Both the position numbers and the translations under genes were made by a program. Shown piece after piece: positions 43,577 through 55,794 of a stretch of DNA of 64,000 nt; within the stretch, counting starts at the first letter, position 1, and every line of letters begins with the position of its first letter. The stretch spans positions 44,392,001 through 44,456,000 of the forward strand of contig OX597815.1 of assembly GCA_951406725.2 (NCBI GenBank), in the 5' to 3' direction. The notes under the pieces are model-generated. The model saw only the letters and a program-made list of their open reading frames with translations. It did no database searches and was not told the DNA's origin. The stretch comes from Octopus vulgaris. Its lineage: Eukaryota.

Positions 43577-43760
43577 GTGTGTATGTGTACATACGACGAG
43601 CTTCTTTCAGTGTCCGTCTAGCAAATCCACTTACAAGGCTTGGCTATGTGTGTGTGTGTGCTGTGTGTGTGTGTGTTTGTGTGTTTGTTGTGTGTGTGTG
43701 TACATACGACGAGCTTCTTCCAGTTTCCGTCTAGCAAATACACTCACAAAGCTTGGCTGC
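43421..43760 (-). repeat. Three tandem copies of a SINE family B internal segment with (TG)n spacers
   Basis: TACATACGACGAG...TCCGTCTAGCAAAT.CACT.ACAA.GCTTGGC occurs three times. Confidence 0.9.
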
Positions 43761-43769
43761 TGCTGCAAA

Positions 43770-44145
43770 TGTCGTCCCTTCTAATGTGGTTGGTGCTGCT
43801 GCGTCTGCTACCGTTACTGCTTCTGTAGTGTTCTTCATGTGCGCACGCTGTAGCTTTGGGTGGTAGTGGAGTTGCTTTTGGTGCAGCCTGCGTTTCCTGC
43901 TGCAGGTGCTGTTGCAGTGTCTCCCATACTGGAGGGTGTGGTGTGGTTCTCCATTATTTTCAGTGAGCAAAAGGCTTTGAGGTAGTCTTTCTGCCCGCAG
44001 AGAAAGCACATCAGTCTGCGCCCCTCGAAAAATACGGGCAGCTTTGCTCCCTCAGCAGGTGGATTACATCTGGAATGCTTTCTGGAATGCCTGCTGATTG
44101 CCAGAATCAACTCTTCTGTACCCTCACTCCACCAGCTTTGTTGGT
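43770..44145 (-). mobile_element. LINE ORF1 (gag-like zinc knuckle) fragment, probably Tx1/L1 type
   Basis: ORF 43835-44110 LPVFFEGRRLMCFLCGQKDYLKAFC (degenerate CX2CX4HX4C) followed by low-complexity sequence. Confidence 0.55.
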
Positions 44146-44230
44146 TTGGTTCATCAAAATGTGACCGCGTGTGTACCGTTGGCGATTTTTTTCCTCCGTC
44201 TTTGCTTCTCTGAATCTTTCCTTTTCCTAT

Positions 44231-44265
44231 GTTTCTGACGAAGAGCTCCGCTCGAAACGTTAAAC
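44231..44265 (+). ncRNA. Minimal type I hammerhead ribozyme (Penelope type)
   Basis: GUUU-CUGACGA-A-GAGC UCC GCUC-GAAA-C-GUU-AAAC: intact core, 4-bp stems I and II, palindromic ACGU in place of stem III. Confidence 0.8.
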
Positions 44266-44372
44266 CCTCCTTCTTTCCTTCCTTCCTGAGCGTCCAATAC
44301 TTTATTTGTTCCTCGTCCTCGCGTTATTGTGTTTTTTCTTTGTGTTTTCATGTTTGGATTAACTATATATAC

Positions 44373-44445
<73 letters not shown>

Positions 44446-44617
44446 TATAAGAAAAAGGGACAGGCAAAACAGGTTGCCTGACCGCATACCGAAAAAATAG
44501 AAATAGCAGTCAAGAATGCTTATTTCTATCAAAGTTGGACTCCGGGCATGACAGACCCTGTAATTCACATATGCAAAACAGAAGGAATAGATAACGAATA
44601 CGAAGTCTGGCGGTTAT

Positions 44618-44728
44618 CTGTGAACATCATGTTTCTGGATTATAAACATATTGAATATATATTCAATATATTTTTGATATATATTTCATATATATTGCAT
44701 ATATATTTCACATCCTTCTTCAACACAG
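44618..44728 (-). ncRNA. Type I hammerhead, unit 1 (core C3U, probably impaired)
   Basis: CUGUG-UUGAAGA-A-GGAU...AUCC-A-GAAA-CAUGAU-GUU-CACAG. Confidence 0.65.
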
Positions 44729-45261
44729 CTTTCCATTGAAAAAGATTTATCATAGATTTATCAAATGCTACGTACCTCAAACCTTCTGACCATGCGACAT
44801 CAAAATATTTGAAGAAAGTGAGCAAAGGCTAAACCTACATAGACGTTTGAATTCATAAATCTTCCCTCCAAAATTTTGCCATGCGCATTACAAAAATAGT
44901 TCCATAAGATGGGGAACAATTAGGTTGTCAAAGGGAGTGAAAAATCCAAATAGTAATATAATGATAAGAGTAAATAATTTCTATAAAGGCTTTTAAAAAA
45001 AAACCCCAATTATTTACTGGTAGAATTCGGTATGTAAATATAGCCGATTACCGGCAGGAACTTCTGTAAAGTTCAGTATATATATTGTATATAAGAAAAA
45101 GGGACAGGCAAAACAGGTTGCCTGACCGCATACCGAAAAAATAGAAATAGCAGTCAAGAATGCTTATTTCTATCAAAGTTGGACTCCGGGCATGACAGAC
45201 CCTGTAATTCACATATGCAAAACAGAAGGAATAGATAACGAATACGAAGTCTGGCGGTTAT

Positions 45262-45372
45262 CTGTGAACATCATGTTTCTGGATTATAAACATATTGAAT
45301 ATATATTCCATATATTTTTGATATATATTTCATATATATTGCATATATATTTCACATCCTTCTTCAGCACAG
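45262..45372 (-). ncRNA. Type I hammerhead, unit 2 (intact core)
   Basis: CUGUG-CUGAAGA-A-GGAU-(~70-nt AU-rich loop)-AUCC-A-GAAA-CAUGAU-GUU-CACAG; stem I 5 bp, stem III ACA/UGU. Confidence 0.75.
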
Positions 45373-46410
45373 CTTTCCATTGAAAAAGATTTATCATAGA
45401 TTTATCAAATGCTACGTACCTCAAACCTTCTGACCATGCGACATCAAAATATTTGAAGAAAGTGAGCAAAGGCTAAACCTACATAGACGTTTGAATTCAT
45501 AAATCTTCCCTCCAAAATTTTGCCATGCGCATTACAAAAATAGTTCCATAAGATGGGGAACAATTAGGTTGTCAAAGGGAGTGAAAAATCCAAATAGTAA
45601 TATAATGATAAGAGTAAATAATTTCTATAAAGGCTTTAAAAAAAAACCCCAATTATTTACTGGTAGAATTCGGTATGTAAATATAGCCGATTACCGGCAG
45701 GAACTTCTGTAAAGTTCAGTATATATATTGTATATAAGAAAAAGGGACAGGCAAAACAGGTTGCCTGACCGCATACCGAAAAAATAGAAATAGCAGTCAA
45801 GAATGCTTATTTCTATCAAAGTAGGACTCCGGGCATGACAGACCCTGTAATTCACATATGCAAAACAGAAGGAATAGATAACGAATACGAAGTCTCGCCA
45901 GACTTCGTATTCGTTATCTATTCCTTCTGTTTTGCATATGTGAATTACAGGGTCTGTCATGCCCGGAGTCCAACTTTGATAGAAATAAGCATTCTTGACT
46001 GCTATTTCTATTTTTTCGGTATGCGGTCAGGCAACCTGTTTTGCCTGTCCCTTTTTCTTATATACAATATATATACTGAACTTTACAGAAGTTCCTGCCG
46101 GTAATCGGCTATATTTACATACCGAATTCTACCAGTAAATAATTGGGGTTTTTTTTTAAGCCTTTATAGAAATTATTTACTCTTATCATTATATAGATAG
46201 ATAGATATATATAGATATATACATGATATATATAATAAGGGTGAAAAGTTGAACATTCATTTGATTAATATCAATTTAAAACCAGTGGCCTAGCATACTG
46301 AAAAATCTAAATTTTCTTGAGAACAATCTTTTCTTAGTGGTCAGACCATATGGGGTCTACCTCTAGCATAATGGATGTCCACTTAGTGGTCATCCCCTCT
46401 TACATGTATG

Positions 46411-46470
<60 letters not shown>

Positions 46471-47147
46471 CATTCATACATATATATATATATATATATA
46501 TATACGTAAAAGTGCAACCTGCGATGCCTATAAATTGTTGCTGCTCCTGATCATGCACTGTCCACTCTCTATTCTCTGTATCTGTCACAGACTGGTTGAA
46601 GCTTGCTAACTTTCTATACTTGGATCCTTGGATCTTACTCTTGTATACATACGCACGCGCGCGCGCACACACAAACACACATGCACGAGTGAGTGGACAA
46701 ACGAAAGAGAGTGGCACTCAACGTATTTCGTAGAATTAAAATGATTTTTCTTCATAATAGTTTAGCTTGTAGGAATGAACGTGTAGGAGTAACGCAAGGC
46801 ATCAGATTTTAGGAAAAGAGACTCTGAGCCAAATTGTTAAGACATGTGTATGCCTGTGTGTGCCTGTTTGTGCCTTTACGTGTATGTGCTGTCCCACACT
46901 CACAGTTACACACAGACTCAAAGATAGAATGAGAAAGCGAGAGAGAGAGAGAGAGAGAGAGGAGGGAAGAAGACAGAATGACAGACAATACTTAGCATTT
47001 CGAAGAGTGGTGAATTTGTAAGGAGTTTCAGAATTAAAAAAATAAAAAACAATTTATCATGTCTTACAAGTACGTAATAGCGTTCAGAATATTACATTAA
47101 TGATAAAGATGTCGTGGAATGACAATGATGATGGCAAACATGATGAC

Positions 47148-47179
<32 letters not shown>

Positions 47180-47390
47180 CGACGACGACGATGGTGGCGA
47201 TGATGACGATGGTGAGCGTGATAAAGAAGAAAAAGAATATTGGTAAGGAGAAAGGATGAACTTTAAGTGAAGTCGTTTATATAAATGTCAGAAGGCAAAG
47301 AGGTAACGGAAGAAGGAGAGTGTCCAAGGGAAAGAAAGGAAGTAAAACAAACGTCTGTGTCAAAAACTAGTAGTTATATAGGGCTGGTGG

Positions 47391-47488
<98 letters not shown>

Positions 47489-47551
47489 GAACAGCTGATA
47501 CCGTAGTACATCTTCAGCCTTAGAAGCTGTGCAAAGGCAATAATAATGATG

Positions 47552-47624
<73 letters not shown>

Positions 47625-47626
<2 letters not shown>

Positions 47627-48180
47627 GTCCTCATGCAGTACCAAGCAGTCACCCACAAGATTTCTGATCTTAACTGATTGGAAGTGTTATCATGTATATT
47701 GTTTTGTCTTGGTATAAAAGATAGGCTACAGCAAATATTCTGCTCAATACCACAGATTTGCTTGTCAGTTGCTTGACCTTAACCAGTTGAGCATGTCCCT
47801 TAGTGGCTGACGATATGTGCATCTCTGATCAAAAACAGAAGTGGGGAAGCATCATAGATATGTGTTGAGAGGAATTCTTTGGGGTTTGGATAATTCACTT
47901 TTGGAAACATGGGTGTTTCGTTCAACATCCTTAAACAACCCTTATTCAGGGACCTTTTGAACGGGATGGGCTACTCGACCTGAAGAAAATTCTAACTGGG
48001 CTCCACCTGTAAGGTCATGTGCTGTTTATCTTGATATAAGATTACCATGTTGCGCACATATGATTGTGATGCATGTGCCTGGTGTACCCTTATCAGACAA
48101 GTAGTCATAATGGGTAAACTGGGTTTCGTATATTTTACTCCCGTGTCACTTTAGTGGCATGCACTGCTCTCTCACTTAAT
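47625..48180 (+). mobile_element. ~550-bp non-coding insert bounded by (TAA)n on both sides, unclassified
   Basis: Sharp boundaries with TAA arrays; no ORF. Confidence 0.4.
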
Positions 48181-48654
48181 AATAATAACCATAATAATAA
48201 TCCTTTCTATTATAGGCATAAACCCTGAAATATGAGGGAGGAGGATAGCCTATTACAGGACTCAAATGGTACTTAATTTACCAACCCTGAGAGGATGAAA
48301 GGATCAACCCCGACCTCGGCGGAATTTGAACTCAGAACGTAGCGACGGGCAAAATACCGCTATGCATTTCGTTCAACGTGCTAACAGTACTCAACTGGTG
48401 CTTAATTTATCGACCCCGAAAGGATGAAAGTCAAAGTCAACCTCGGCGGAATTTGACACAGAACGTACTGACGGACAAAATGCCGCACAGCATTTTGCCC
48501 AGCGTGCTAACGATTCTGCGAGCTCACTGCTCTGTTAATAATAATAATCTTTTCTTTATTGGTCACAAGAGCCGAACACAAATACATATAGGGACAATAC
48601 AAAACAGGGACAAGTGAAGTAATAATAATAATAACAATAAAAATAATAATACTT

Positions 48655-49080
48655 TCTTTTATTGGCCTCAACGGCCTAACACAAAACAAATAGGGACGAT
48701 ATAATACAAAGATCAAGTGGGGTGTTGAACAATGCCGTGTGTACAATAAGTAGCAAAAACAATTAAGAAAACAATTAAACAATAAAAATTCCCCCAAAGT
48801 AGGGAGTTCCTGACGGGGACAACCGAGGAACTGCATACATTCTGTTTATCCCGACAGCCAGATGCACCTCAGCAGGCGCCTTTCGCCTTCTCAACTCCTC
48901 CGGTTTACAAACGAAAGTTCAGAGTAGGCCTATTCAAACGGATCATTCCCGCCACATTCACCCATCTTTCAACAAATTTACTGACTGGCAGAACTACCCT
49001 CTCTAATCTCACTTTACATTTCGAGTGGAACTTGAGGAGATCGATGAGGGCTTCGCTGAAGAGACAACCATTATCAAAAT
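48655..49080 (-). mobile_element. Tx1/L1-like LINE ORF2 C-terminus and 3' UTR
   Basis: LIDLLKFHSKCKVRLERVVLPVSKFVERWVNVA...* followed by a T-rich UTR and AATAAA. Confidence 0.5.
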
Positions 49081-49235
49081 CTTAGAATAAATTGTTAAGG
49101 TATAAAATAATGACATGGCAAGGGAGATAACTAAGAAGAGCGTTTTCTATAGAACTTGGAAATTTTGAATTCTCGTATGTTAGATGTAGACTTGAAAATA
49201 AAATTATACATACATTTAAACATACATCTATGTGC

Positions 49236-49340
<105 letters not shown>

Positions 49341-49608
49341 GCATACGTGCATACATATATATTCTGACTGTATATATATATATATATATTTATATATTAT
49401 ATATTTTATATATATGTATATCATTTATACATGTGTGCCTGTATATAAATTTATATAAATAAGGATAAGGTCGTTATTTAAATATTGAACTTATCAAGTG
49501 GCCAGTATGGGAATAAAAACTTTCAAAGGTAATAATTACTATTAAAATTTATATATGTCTGTATGTATACAATATATACGTATATGTATAATATATACAT
49601 ACACACAC

Positions 49609-49643
<35 letters not shown>

Positions 49644-49660
49644 CACGTTCACACGCACAT

Positions 49661-49731
<71 letters not shown>

Positions 49732-50095
49732 GCGTGTGTGTGTGTGTGTGTGTAGCCTTAGGTTCATCCGTCCCTCTCGGTATTAACACGTGTGTGTGTG
49801 TGTGTATCTGGCTGCTCATACTGGAATGAGGGAGCGCCTGATAGAAATTTAAGTCTCAACAGACAGATAGACATGACAGTTTCACTAACATACACACAGA
49901 CAGACGGACAATCAGTCAGTCAGACAGGTGAAGATTTGAAGAGACCGAGAGGGAATGGGAGGACCTGGAAGATTATAAAGTTGCTGATGTTAATAGCAAG
50001 TACAAATGTTTGTGAAAATTTATTTATATATATACATACATTATACATATGTATATATAAAAGCGTGCGTGTGTGTGTATATACATGTACGTATG

Positions 50096-50126
<31 letters not shown>

Positions 50127-50243
50127 ATATATAATATATACCATTAAAATAGAGTTATAGAAAAACATTTAATTGTAATGTTCTTCGTAAGAAAAAATTA
50201 AAGTGGTTATCGAAAGGGGCGAAAGAAAGTAGTGGCGGTGATG

Positions 50244-50275
<32 letters not shown>

Positions 50276-50389
50276 CGGGATGATTTTGAAGAGCGGTCCT
50301 CCACCTTCTTTTGCATCACCGGACCGGGAAGAGATGATCATACTCATACAACACAGTAAAGTATATATATATATATATATATATATACT

Positions 50390-50559
<170 letters not shown>

Positions 50560-50986
50560 TTTACTCCTTTCAGTCCAGTGGCCACGCTGCAGCACCGCCT
50601 TTTAGTCGAAGAAATTGACTGCCGAACTTATTCTTTGTAAGCTTGGTACTTATTCTATCGGGGTCTTTTGCCGAACCGTTAAGTTACGAGGACGTAAACA
50701 TTCCAACATCGGTTGTCAAGCGATGGTGGGTGGGGCTAAACACAGACACAAAGTTACACACATATACATATATATGTATATACATATATACGTATACACA
50801 CTCACAAACACACACACATACATATATATATACACACATACATACGACGGGCTTCTTTCCGTTTCCATCTACCAAATCCACTCACAAGACCCGACGCTAC
50901 AGTGGAAGAGGCTTGCCCAATTTGCCACTCAGTGGAACAGAACCTAGAAGCATGCTGCTGGGAAGCAAGCTTCTCACAGCCATGCC
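50560..50986 (-). mobile_element. SINE family B (diverged)
   Basis: Colinear with the reverse complement of 63201-63621; further family B copies at ~24930, 33113, 35385, 36852/37630, 43035, 55058, 56415 and 60132. Confidence 0.85.
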
Positions 50987-51070
<84 letters not shown>

Positions 51071-51114
51071 ACAAAAAACAAGACGAAGACGGGTGTGTAA
51101 ACAACAAACTGATA

Positions 51115-51447
51115 TCTCTCTCTATATAAACGGCAGTTTGTCTGTGCGTTTTCTGTGTGTCTGTTTTCTCGTACCCTCACTCTGACTACGGCTTTCAACC
51201 GATTCTGATGAAACTTGACACACACATAGCCCAATGTCATAATTCAAAACTAACGCAGCGAAAATTTTGAAAAGTTCCCTCAGTTCTGAAAAAAATCGAT
51301 AAATTAGACAGGGGGTCGAGAATCAGAAACCCAAACCACAGACCGTCTAGGGGACGCAACTCCACCTTTTTTAACTCTCAAAACTGCTTTTAACTGCTTT
51401 ATAGTTATTTCCCTTACAAACCTGAGCAACGCCGGGCGATACTGCTA

Positions 51448-51448
<1 letters not shown>
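51115..51448 (+). mobile_element. Non-autonomous Helitron
   Basis: 5' TC after host A, 3' hairpin CCTG.GCAACGCCGGG then CTAG followed by host T, no TSD; internal TCAACCGATTCTGATGAAACTT motif. Confidence 0.8.
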
Positions 51449-51505
<57 letters not shown>

Positions 51506-53041
51506 GTATATATAATGCGAAAAAGCTCTGCTGACTACGATAGTCAATAAAATCGAAATAAAAGTTTTGAATTTATTCTTCCTGTACGGTCTGGGACTGG
51601 TCCGCGGTTCTCTGTTTAAGAATCCCTGTTTTAGATGTAAAGGTTGTAGTAAAGGTCATATACGGCTGTTGCTTTTTACTGAATTCGAATCCCACCAACG
51701 TTAACTTTGTCTTTCGTCTCTTCAGACAGGGATGACTTAGCCCCAAACCAAGCCATTGCACTTGGTCCTATGGTATTAATCTTTAGGTCCCTAGATCTGT
51801 GAGAATCACCCGGAAACCGACCAGTATGCTTACATGTGAAGAGCACACTGCCTTCAGGGTACTAATAAAGTAGTAATAAAGTACCAAATTAAGCAATATG
51901 GATTTCAGGTTTTGGCACAAGGCCAATAATTTCGGGACAGGGGGTTAAAGTCGATTACATCGACCCTAGTGTTCAACTAGTACTTATTTTATAGACCCCG
52001 GAAAGATGAAATATAAAGTGACCTCGGCGGAATTTAGACACAGACGTACAGACGGACGAAATGCCGCTAAGCATTTTGCACGGCGTGCTAACGGTTCAGA
52101 CAGTTCACCGCCCTCAAATTATACAATATTGGGGAGAGGGCTTAATTCGGGGTGTCCCTTCCCCTCAAATTTATCGGCCTTATGCCTAAGTTAATACTAA
52201 TTATGGTTGCGCCCCACGTTTTAGCCATAACGGTCTGGAAAAAGCATTCAACACCTGACCGCTTCGATTTCGTTTTTATTCTATAATATCCAAATTTTCA
52301 GGGTTTCTTTTTTTACGACGATAGGGTGTAACATTTGAGGGAGAGATTTGGTTCCATTTCTAGTAATGTGAAGTGATCATGTAGATGCACCTGCGTTAGC
52401 TCGCAGGAGAGGTCTATTTATTTATCTGGGAGTGGGTGGGTCGGGAGAGTAACTATGATGGTTAAAGTAGATGGAATTGTAGTGTGACGGTGGTTGGTGT
52501 AGTGTCACATTGATGATGAGGATAAGGATGGTGTTGATGAAGGTGGTGGTGGTAGTAGTAGTAGCTGCAGCAGTAGTGTTGGTGGAGGCGGTGACGTCGA
52601 TAGCGGAGTGTCATGTTGGAGGGTGGTGATAAACAACATAGCAAAGTCAGTAATGTCCGATAATGAGGGGTGGGTAGTTTTGTGGTGTAATGTCGTTGGT
52701 GGTGGTGGTGATAGTGCTGGTGGTGGTGTTGGTGGTGGTGACGGTGGCGATGGTGGTGCTGTGGAGGTCTGCTTTTTTTTTTTGAGAAGTTAAAGTAGGA
52801 ATAGTAGTAGTATCAAACAGTGGTGAGGCAGTTGTATTTCTGTTCGCGATGGTGGTGGTGGTGTCGGTGATAGCAATGGTAACAATGGTGGTGGGGGTGG
52901 TGGTGATCGTCGTGATGTTGGTGTTAGATAATGGTTGACATAATAGCATTGGCAATAGTAGCAGTAGTGGTGCTGGTGATAGTAGTTGTACTTTAGTTTA
53001 AATTGGTTGTGATGATGGCAGTTATGTTAGAAGGGAGGTAA

Positions 53042-53108
<67 letters not shown>

Positions 53109-53274
53109 CGTAGTAGTTGTAGTGGGGTGCGGTCTTGGTGGTGACGGTGGTGACGGTGGTTGTGGTGGTTGTGGCGGTGGGAGGCAACATGAGTATATAG
53201 GAGGTGTGGACTCTGAAGGATGATAGTAAGAGTGAAAGACAAACGAATAGAAAAAAAAACAATATAGACTTAAA

Positions 53275-53311
<37 letters not shown>

Positions 53312-53702
53312 TATATAAACAAAAACAACCCACTTCAACAGAACAAAAACAAGAAATACGACTTACAACTAGAACTAGATTTACAACAACAAATTAAGAC
53401 AAGAAGAGAGAGATAAGTGTGGACATATCGTATGAAGAAATTGAGACGATGGAAATATTAAAATATAAAAAAAAAAAACAGAGAGAAAGAGAGAGAAGGA
53501 AATAAAAGAAGGAAAAAATTGAAAAAAAAAATATACAAATTTTTCAAAAAAATAACATGGAAGGAAGAGGAAAGTATACAAATATACGTGAAATAGGTTA
53601 TTTTTGCTGTGAGAGTTGTAGTAAGAAGTGAAGGCATGAGAAAGAAGGGGATGGAGTGGGGAAAAAAAAAGACTTTTATTTTTTTGCTTATTCTTTTGTC
53701 AA

Positions 53703-53722
53703 GGCGGGAAAACTGGCCAATC
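53703..53722. promoter_or_regulatory. Adjacent E2F site and CCAAT box (candidate promoter)
   Basis: GGCGGGAAAA-CT-GGCCAATC in non-TE sequence beside a CT-rich tract. Confidence 0.35.
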
Positions 53723-53927
53723 ATACCATTAGATTTACTCTCTCTCTCACACAGCATTTCCTATTTCTCTTTCTTCTCTCTCTCTCTCTCTCTCTCTCTT
53801 ATTCTTCTCTCATTCTTCTCTCTCTCTCTCCTTCTCTTTCTAACTCGTCTCCTCTCTCACACTCTACCATTCTTCCACTATTATCTTTTATTTTCCCGGA
53901 TTTATTTCTGTTTCCGCTTTTTGTGTA

Positions 53928-53997
<70 letters not shown>

Positions 53998-54228
53998 CAT
54001 ATATGTACGTATGTATGTATATATATATTTATATATATGTATATATATATAATATATATATATATATACATATACATACATACATATATACGTGTGTGTG
54101 TGTGTCTATGTTGCTAGTGTGCGTGTAGTATTTCTTTTAATGACATTTTTTGTAAAATCTGTATTTCTATATTCCGTTTTCATATTCTCGCTCCAACCTG
54201 TCTATCTTATAACCTAAAACCGTATCTT

Positions 54229-54340
<112 letters not shown>

Positions 54341-54963
54341 ACTATATATCTATCTATCTGTTTGTTGTTTGTATGTATGGAGCATAGGTCAAACTAACTT
54401 ACCTATATAGAAACTTAGTTAAAAAGTTAAACACGCTCTTTACTACATACACTATTTCCCGCCAATTTTATTCCTCTTCTTTAGCTGTCTGTCTGATCCG
54501 CGCTATCTGCTATCTCTCTCATTATCACTCTTTCTCTCTCGCGCGCTCTCTTTCTTTCTCGCTCTGTCTCTCTCTCTCTGTCTCTCTGTCTCTCTCTCTC
54601 TTTCTTTCTTTCTCTCTCTGATTTTCTCTCTCCTTCTGTTTCTTTGCTTCCTCAGTGACATCACCGTGAGTATACAAATGACAATTGCGTTAATACTCAA
54701 ACGGAATTAAATAAAAAAAAAAAAGCATCGTAAAAATCGAGACATGAAAATTGTCAAATTGAGGAATTTGCGCAAAACTTTGTAAAAATGTAAAACTGTT
54801 TGGAAAAATTCCAAAATATCTTGATGCTAACATTTCACGATAATCTAACTAGATTTTATTTGTCTGAATGTTTAATATTTTCATTTCTTAAGACCTAGTT
54901 CATTTATTTATAAATTATTTAAACGGAACAATTTTTTTGTCGGAGATATATATACGTGTGTGT

Positions 54964-55015
<52 letters not shown>

Positions 55016-55380
55016 GTATGTATGTGTGCGTGTGTGCGTATGTGTGCGTGTGTGTGTGTGTGGCTTGTGGTTAGAAGTTTGCTTCCCAACCACATGGATG
55101 GCACCTTGGGCAAATGTCTTCTATCATAGCTCTAGGTCGCCCAAGACATGAGTGGATTTTGTAGACGATATATATATATATATATACAGGGTTGGCTCAA
55201 AGTCATCCGACAGTAAATCAAAATTCCATAGCTTCTGTATTGACTCGAACGGGAAAATGTGTTGCTCAAGGACTTCAGTTTCAACAATTTTCATGATGTT
55301 TCATATTTAGATGCTTTTATTAAATTCATTCAGTTCTTAAACATAAAAAGGTTTTGAAATTAAATGCCTTTGATTTACTG

Positions 55381-55421
<41 letters not shown>

Positions 55422-55444
55422 TATAATATATAATATATATAATA

Positions 55445-55502
<58 letters not shown>

Positions 55503-55545
55503 CCTGGGCCTATAGTGGCCGAAACCTACCAAAGTTATCAAAGTT

Positions 55546-55577
<32 letters not shown>

Positions 55578-55731
55578 TAGAAGAAATGAGGTAATCAGAA
55601 GATCGGATGGTTCATATTTATAGATATTTATTTATATATTACATTTTTTACATATATATATCATATCATTCAGATCATATCATTCAGATTATTAGCGCTA
55701 TATATATATATATATATATATTAATAGGTTA

Positions 55732-55794
55732 GTCCTCTACTGCAATTTCGAAGTTAAGAACCAAAAGTGGATGCATTTTTCTCTTCAGGAGAAC
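55732..55794 (-). ncRNA. Type I hammerhead ribozyme motif
   Basis: GUUCUC-CUGAAGA-GAA...UUC-GAAA-UUGCA-GUA-GAGGAC: 6-bp stem I (one G.U), palindromic UGCA loop on stem III. Confidence 0.7.

Larger units (their letters stand above)
44445..46194 (-). mobile_element. Retrozyme-like / non-autonomous Penelope-like array: 2.25 x 644-bp tandem units plus a ~300-bp inverted arm
   Basis: Period 644/643 (ORF starts at 44548, 45192, 45835); inversion at 45896; one hammerhead per complete unit; TA-rich flanks; no long ORF. Confidence 0.8.

Noticed and set aside
43421-43760. Repeat-spacer pattern superficially like a CRISPR array (also 14310-14885)
   Set aside because: Eukaryotic context, no cas genes, repeats derive from a SINE or transposon, and spacers are microsatellite or absent
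44548-46104. Repeated ORFs MTDPVIHICKTEG... and the mirrored 89-aa pair
   Set aside because: They are by-products of the tandem and palindromic structure, short and with no recognisable domain
50207-50360. Short unique stretch reading YEYDHLF (Rab-like start) on the minus strand
   Set aside because: A stop follows within four codons, with no P-loop or splice donor in register
52460-53330. Thr/Pro/His-rich mucin-like ORFs on the minus strand
   Set aside because: Degenerate (GGT)/(TAG) trinucleotide sequence with frames broken by stops; it may be UTR but coding is unsupported
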